The position numbers and the translations under genes were made by a program. From Thermoanaerobaculia bacterium (GTDB lineage: Bacteria; Acidobacteriota; Thermoanaerobaculia; Multivoradales; JAHEKO01), in contig JBFGNS010000004.1 of NCBI GenBank assembly GCA_041574955.1, positions 6,707-70,706 on the forward strand: DNA of 64,000 nucleotides, in the 5' to 3' direction. This document shows, one piece after another, positions 59,439-64,000 of the stretch (the stretch's first letter is position 1; the number at the start of each line of letters is the position of its first letter). The notes below the pieces were generated by a model, which saw only the letters and a list, made by a program, of their open reading frames with translations, had not been told where the DNA came from and searched no databases.

Positions 59439-59817
59439 GGCCGAGTACCGAGAGGGAATCACCCAGTGCGTCGACTGCGAGGTGCCGCTGGTCGAGGGTC
59501 CGCTGCCGGGGGTCGAGCATCCCGAGCCCGACATGGTCGAGGTGCTCGAGACCTCGGATCCGTCGCTGCTGCCGGTGGTCGTTTCGCTGCTGCAGTCGGC
59601 CGGCATCGAGCCGGACGTGCAGGGCGACGAGGTGATGGGCGTGCTGCCGGTGGGCGAGTTCGGCGGCGCCGGCTGGACCAGCGACGGCCACGGGCTGCGC
59701 ACCGTGGTGCGGGTGCCGCGCGCGCGCGCTGCAGAGGCGCTTGAGCTGCTGGCCGGCGTCGAGGAGGAAAGCACGGAAGGCGACGGGGCGGAGGCGGAGG
59801 AGCCGTCGGCCGGCTAG
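59419..59817 (+). CDS. Hypothetical protein with N-terminal zinc ribbon and DUF2007-like domain
   Basis: 132 aa. MFCPQCEAEYREGITQCVDCEVPL, then VEVLETSDPSLLPVVVSLLQSAGIEPDVQGD, and an acidic tail. Confidence 0.5.
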   Translation: MFCPQCEAEYREGITQCVDCEVPLVEGPLPGVEHPEPDMVEVLETSDPSLLPVVVSLLQSAGIEPDVQGDEVMGVLPVGEFGGAGWTSDGHGLRTVVRVPRARAAEALELLAGVEEESTEGDGAEAEEPSAG

Positions 59818-59875
59818 CCGGGCGCGCCATCCGCGCCGGGCGCCGCGACCGTAGAAGCCGAGGAGGCGCCGGTAG

Positions 59876-62224
59876 ATGCCCGACGAGCGAGACCCGCTGG
59901 CGGCGGTGCGGCAGGACCGTCCGCTGCTGCCGTTCCTGCCGCTGATCTGGGTGGCGTGGGCGGACGGCGAGCTGGCCGCCGAGGAGGCGGCGGCGATCCG
60001 CGAGCGCATCACCGCCAGCCGGCTCGACGACGACTGCCGCCGCCGGCTCGGCCAGTGGCTGGATCCGGCCAGCCCGCCGCCGCCGCGCCAGCTGCAGGCG
60101 ATCCTGCGCACCGTGCGGCGCGCCGCCGCCGGCCTGGGAGACTCGGCGCGCGGCTCGCTGGCCGAGCTGGGCAGCGAGCTCACCCGGCAGGTGGCCGGCG
60201 AGGCCGAGCTGTCGGCGGCCGAGCGCGAGGCGCTGGTGGCGCTCGAGGAGGCGCTGGGAGTGGCCGGCGGCGAGCTGTCGCGCGAGCTGGTGAGCGAGCG
60301 GAGGCCGGCGGCGCCGGAGGCCGTGCCGGCGCCCGGCTTCGAGCCGGCGGCGCTCACCAGCTGGGCCGAAGGCGCGAGCCACGGCATGCGCCAGCGTGTC
60401 CGGGCGGTGCTGGCGCGGCCGGAGTTCCGCTACCGCTACGACCTCCAACGCGACGCCTACCGCGACCAGGTGCTGGCGTGGTGCCGGATCCTGGCCGACG
60501 AGGGCCTGGGTGCGCTGTCGATGCCGCCCGAGCACGGCGGCGAGGGCGACCTGGCGGGGTTCATCACCGCCTTCGAGACGCTGGCGATGTTCGACCAGAG
60601 CCTGCTGGTCAAGTTCGGCGTCCAGTTCGGGCTTTTCGGCGGCAGCATCGTCGGGCTCGGTACACATCGCCACCACGAGCGTTACCTGCGCGCCGTCGGA
60701 CGGCTCGAGCTGCCGGGCTGTTTCGCCATGTCCGAGACCGGCCACGGCTCGAACGTCGCGGACCTGGCCACCGTGGCGCGCTTCGACGCCGAGCGCGACG
60801 AGTTCGAGATCCACACTCCCGAACCGCTCGATCGCAAGGACTGGATCGGCGGCGCGGCGCGACACGCGCGGCTGGCGACGGTGTTCGCCCAGCTCGAGAT
60901 CGACGGCGAGCGCTACGGCGTGCACGCCCTGCTGGTGCCGATCCGCGACGCCGAGGGCCGGCCGCTGCCGGGTGTGGCGATCGAGGACTGTGGCGACAAG
61001 GAAGGGCTCAACGGCGTCGACAACGGGCGGCTGAGCTTCGACCGGGTGCGGGTGCCGCGCGACAACCTGCTCGACCGCTTCGGCCAGGTGGACGCCGACG
61101 GCACCTATTCGAGCCCCATAGCCAGCCCAGGCCGGCGGTTCTTCACCATGCTGGGGACCCTGGTGGGCGGCCGCATCAGCGTCGCCGGCGCGGCGCTGAC
61201 GGCGGCCCGCTCCGGCCTCGCGATCGCCATCCGCTACGGCGAGCGGCGGCGCCAGTTCGGTCCCGCCGGGCGCCCCGAGGTGCCCCTCATGGAGTACCGC
61301 ACGCACCAGAGGCGACTGCTGCCGCGGCTGGCCGCCTGCTACGCCGTCGGCTTCGCCCAACGGCACCTGGTGGAGCGGTTCGTGGCGCGTACCGAAGCCG
61401 ACGCGCGCGAGGTAGAGGGGCTGGCAGCCGGGCTCAAGGCCTACAGCTCGTGGCACACCGTGGCGACGCTCCAGACCTGCCGCGAGTGCTGCGGCGGCCA
61501 GGGCTACCTGCGGGTCAACCGCATCGCCCAGCTGATGGACGACACCGACGTCTACACCACCTTCGAGGGCGACAACACGGTGCTGCTGCAGCTGGTGGCC
61601 AAGGGGCTGCTGACCCGTTACCGCCACCAGTTCGAGGACCTGAGGCTGGGCGGTCTGGTGCGCTACCTGGCGTCGCGCGCGATGGCGGCGCTGGCCGACA
61701 TCAACCCGGTCTTCCCGCGCCGCACGGACGAGGCGCATCTGCGCAACCCCGAGTTCCATCTGCACGCCGTGCGCTACCGCGAGGAACGGCTCCTGGTGTC
61801 GGCGGCGCGGCGGCTCAAGGCGCTGATCGACGACGGCCGCGACTCGTTCGAGGCGCTCAACCTGTGCCAGGACCACCTGGTGACCCTGGCGCTGGCCTAC
61901 GTCGAGCGGGTGGTGGTCGAGCAGTTCCAGCAGGCGGTGGCCGGGCTCGAGGACGAGGCGCTGGCGCCGGTGATGACCCGGCTCTACGACCTGTGGGCGC
62001 TGTGGCGGATCGAGAGCGACCGGGGGTGGTTTCTCGAGAACGGCTATCTCGAGGGCTCGAAGGCCAAGGCCATCCGGTCGCTGGTCAACCGGCTGCTCGC
62101 CGAGGTGCGCCCCGACGCCCTCGGCCTGGTCGAGGCGTTCGGCATCCCCGACAACTGCCTGGCGGCCCCGATCGCCTTCGACCTGGCGCCGGACCTGGCC
62201 GGGGGCGGGTCGGAAACGGCCTGA
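59876..62224 (+). CDS. Acyl-CoA oxidase/dehydrogenase-family flavoenzyme with an N-terminal extension of about 170 aa
   Basis: 782 aa. FAMSETGHGSNV, GDKEGLNGVDNGRLSF, CCGGQGYL and TFEGDNTVL are acyl-CoA oxidase-type motifs. Confidence 0.85.
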   Translation: MPDERDPLAAVRQDRPLLPFLPLIWVAWADGELAAEEAAAIRERITASRLDDDCRRRLGQWLDPASPPPPRQLQAILRTVRRAAAGLGDSARGSLAELGSELTRQVAGEAELSAAEREALVALEEALGVAGGELSRELVSERRPAAPEAVPAPGFEPAALTSWAEGASHGMRQRVRAVLARPEFRYRYDLQRDAYRDQVLAWCRILADEGLGALSMPPEHGGEGDLAGFITAFETLAMFDQSLLVKFGVQFGLFGGSIVGLGTHRHHERYLRAVGRLELPGCFAMSETGHGSNVADLATVARFDAERDEFEIHTPEPLDRKDWIGGAARHARLATVFAQLEIDGERYGVHALLVPIRDAEGRPLPGVAIEDCGDKEGLNGVDNGRLSFDRVRVPRDNLLDRFGQVDADGTYSSPIASPGRRFFTMLGTLVGGRISVAGAALTAARSGLAIAIRYGERRRQFGPAGRPEVPLMEYRTHQRRLLPRLAACYAVGFAQRHLVERFVARTEADAREVEGLAAGLKAYSSWHTVATLQTCRECCGGQGYLRVNRIAQLMDDTDVYTTFEGDNTVLLQLVAKGLLTRYRHQFEDLRLGGLVRYLASRAMAALADINPVFPRRTDEAHLRNPEFHLHAVRYREERLLVSAARRLKALIDDGRDSFEALNLCQDHLVTLALAYVERVVVEQFQQAVAGLEDEALAPVMTRLYDLWALWRIESDRGWFLENGYLEGSKAKAIRSLVNRLLAEVRPDALGLVEAFGIPDNCLAAPIAFDLAPDLAGGGSETA

Positions 62225-62248
62225 AGAGTGTGTACTGGCGGTGCCGGT

Positions 62249-62291
62249 GTGCCCCGACCTGGGGAAGTGGCGGGAGAGGGTCGTGGGGCAC
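62249..62291 (+). repeat. GC-rich hairpin immediately upstream of family-1 copy D
   Basis: gtgccccgac (62249-62258) pairs with gtcgtggggcac (62280-62291), with a 2-nt bulge. It is followed by caccgggatgc, which also precedes the family-1 fragment at 47288-47298. Confidence 0.4.
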
Positions 62292-62302
62292 CGGGATGCA
62301 TG

Positions 62303-62495
62303 GGCCCGGCCGGCTCGGAGTCGAGGGGGACAGGGTCCCAGGGTACCGGCTCGCGCGCGGTCGGACTTTCGGGCGGGGCGCTCGCCTGCACTCGGCTGGC
62401 GCGCGGCATGGGCGTCGGACTCCACCCGGCGTTGCGCTGCGCTGGCCGAGAGCTACCCTGGGACCCTGTCCCCCTCGCCTCTGACGCCGGCCTCC
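62303..62495 (+). repeat. Family-1 structured intergenic repeat, copy D (193 nt)
   Basis: Perfect 24-bp stem 62322-62345 / 62454-62477, extended with one mismatch and one bulge to ggccggc / gccggcc. 108-nt conserved core. Confidence 0.85.
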
Positions 62496-62579
62496 GGTGA
62501 GAGCAGCGGGAATCGGCCGCCGGCTCCGCGCATCACCGGTCGCCAGTCAGCGCTCCTCGAAGCGAGAACAGCGCGGTAG

Positions 62580-62721
62580 CCATCCCCGGAGGGTGTGCCC
62601 GCCGGCTCGGGGCCCGGGGCGGAGCGACATCACCCTCGCCTTTGGAGCGTAGCGCCGGGCCCCGAGCCGGCCGCGCGCCCGGCCCGAAGCCGCAAACCCA
62701 GCCCCCAAGCCCTTGAGCCCC
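62580..62721 (+). repeat. Family-2 hairpin repeat, copy d
   Basis: Perfect 17-bp stem gccggctcggggcccgg (62601-62617) / ccgggccccgagccggc (62655-62671), with a 37-nt loop containing GGAGCGACATCACCCTCG. Followed by GCCCCCAA/GCCCTTGA units (62701-62721). Confidence 0.8.
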
Positions 62722-62741
62722 GTGAGATATGCTCCCCGCCG

Positions 62742-63869
62742 GTGCTCCCGCTACAGCGGTCGTTGTTGAAGGTGGCAGCCCTCGGGGCCTCGATGCTGGC
62801 GTCCGGCCTGGGAGGGCTGTCCTGGGCTCAGGAAGAAGGTCCGGTGGAGCCGCTCGAGGGGCTCGATCCGGTGCTGCTGGTCGAGGGCCGGGAGGTCCAG
62901 GGCGAGCCCGGGATTACGGTGGCGCGCGGGCGGTTCCGCTACTCGTTTGCCGGTGAGGAGACCCGGCGCCGGTTCGAGGCCGATCCCGAGCGGTACGAGA
63001 TCCGCTACGGCGGCGCCTGCGCGCGCATGCGCTCGGCCGACGGCAACCCCGACCTGTTCGCGGTGCACGACGGCGGGATCTACGTTTTCGGCAGCGCCGA
63101 GTGCTGGCGTGCCTTCCGCGCCGCGCCGACCGACTACCTGGACCGGCCGCCGGCGCCGCTGGGCGACGACCCGGCAGCCTCCGAGCGCGGCCGGCAGCTG
63201 ATCGAGCGGGCGGTCGCCGCGGTCGGCGGCGCGGCGGTGGTGGACGCCGTACGGGTGCTGCTCGAGAGCGGCACGATACCGCCGCCGGGCGGTAGCGAGG
63301 CCGAGCCGATCCCGGTCACCCTGAGCTTCGAGCTCGCCGGTCGGGCGCGTCAGGACGCGGTGCGCTCCTTCGGCCCGCTGTCGATGATCCTGAACGCCGA
63401 CGGTCTGTTCCAGGTGACCCGCTTCGGCGTCGAGCGGCGGCTCGACTACCACCGGCTGTTGTTCGAGCGCGAGCTGGCGCGCCACCCGCTGGCGCTGCTC
63501 GCCGCGCGCACCGGTGCCGGCTTCCGCGCCGTCGCACTGCCGCCGCCCGCCGGCGGGGGAACGGTCGAGCGCGTGGCCGTCGACACCGGCGGCCAGCGGC
63601 TGGTGCTGGCGCTCGACGCCGGCAGCGGTCTGCCGGCCAGCCTGGCGTTCGACGGCCAGGGACCCGACTGGCGGGTGGGCGAGGTGGAGGTCGTCTACTC
63701 GGACTACCGCGCGGTCGACGGCCTGCTGCTGCCGTTCCGCCGCGAGGGAAGGTACGGCGGCGGTCCGTTCCCGGCGCGGAGCTTCGTGGTCGAGTCGGCG
63801 CGGATCGACCCCGAGCTGCCGCCCGACCTGTTCGCACCGCCGCAGCCGGAGACGGGCGACAGCGGGTGA
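62742..63869 (+). CDS. Secreted hypothetical protein with N-terminal YHS-like domain (start uncertain; GTG 62742 chosen)
   Basis: Signal-like LLKVAALGASMLASGLGGLSWA. GLDPVLLVEGREVQGEPGITVARGRFRYSFAGEETRRRFEADPERY resembles YHS/TRASH-type domains. The 49 aa upstream in the track ORF lie over the family-2 repeat and are rejected. Confidence 0.55.
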   Translation: MLPLQRSLLKVAALGASMLASGLGGLSWAQEEGPVEPLEGLDPVLLVEGREVQGEPGITVARGRFRYSFAGEETRRRFEADPERYEIRYGGACARMRSADGNPDLFAVHDGGIYVFGSAECWRAFRAAPTDYLDRPPAPLGDDPAASERGRQLIERAVAAVGGAAVVDAVRVLLESGTIPPPGGSEAEPIPVTLSFELAGRARQDAVRSFGPLSMILNADGLFQVTRFGVERRLDYHRLLFERELARHPLALLAARTGAGFRAVALPPPAGGGTVERVAVDTGGQRLVLALDAGSGLPASLAFDGQGPDWRVGEVEVVYSDYRAVDGLLLPFRREGRYGGGPFPARSFVVESARIDPELPPDLFAPPQPETGDSG

Positions 63870-64000
63870 GGGCGGCGCTGGCCCTCGCCGCCTCGGTGCT
63901 GGCGCTCGCCGCGCCGGCGCCGGCCGGCGACTGGCCGCAGTGGGGCGGCCCGGGGCGCGACTTCCGGGTGCCCGACGAGGGGCTGGCGGCGAGCTGGCCG
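63866..64000 (+). CDS. PQQ-like beta-propeller repeat protein, N-terminal fragment (runs off the right edge)
   Basis: The GTG overlaps the upstream stop (GTGA). VRAALALAASVLALAAPAPAGDWPQWGGPGRDFRV is a signal peptide followed by the DWPxWGG start typical of PQQ/BamB-like propellers. Confidence 0.5.
   Translation, partial: MRAALALAASVLALAAPAPAGDWPQWGGPGRDFRVPDEGLAASWP

Noticed and set aside
59459-62425. 988-aa minus-strand ORF
   Set aside because: It is antisense to the acyl-CoA oxidase gene and extends into family-1 repeat D. The sequence is low complexity.

Overview
Very GC-rich bacterial chromosome segment (about 70% GC or more by eye) spanning the replication-origin neighbourhood. I cannot name the organism from sequence alone. 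Because of the GC content the ORF track is full of long spurious antisense and read-through ORFs, so I re-derived several starts by hand. Left part: jag-yidC-yidD-rnpA-rpmH on the minus strand, two tandem tRNA-Ser genes plus tadA, then ffs (SRP RNA)-dnaX-ybaB-recR, three less-defined genes, mutY and sppA. The origin core follows: dnaA-dnaN-recF-gyrB-gyrA, with DnaA-box clusters upstream of dnaA and in the dnaA-dnaN spacer (candidate oriC). The rest is housekeeping and accessory metabolism. Four things deserve a second look. (1) Two families of structured, GC-rich intergenic repeats. Family 1 is about 193 nt, with 4 full same-orientation copies plus fragments. Family 2 is a hairpin with a conserved loop, 4 copies. 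Their stems differ between copies but stay complementary, and I do not recognise either as a named RNA or mobile element. (2) A six-gene minus-strand operon built around arsM plus the radical SAM gene arsS (organoarsenical or arsenosugar type), extended by a metallophosphoesterase, a flavoprotein, an ATP-grasp ligase and a DUF2064 protein. (3) Divergently next to it, a translationally coupled type III PKS operon: PKS, ICMT-type methyltransferase, ACP, an embedded orphan histidine kinase, a fatty acyl-AMP ligase and a flavin monooxygenase. (4) A secreted protein with an extreme Arg/Asp/Trp repeat tail. No rRNA, CRISPR array, transposase, integrase or prophage genes were seen. All functional calls rest on motif recognition in the translations. 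No database search was possible.
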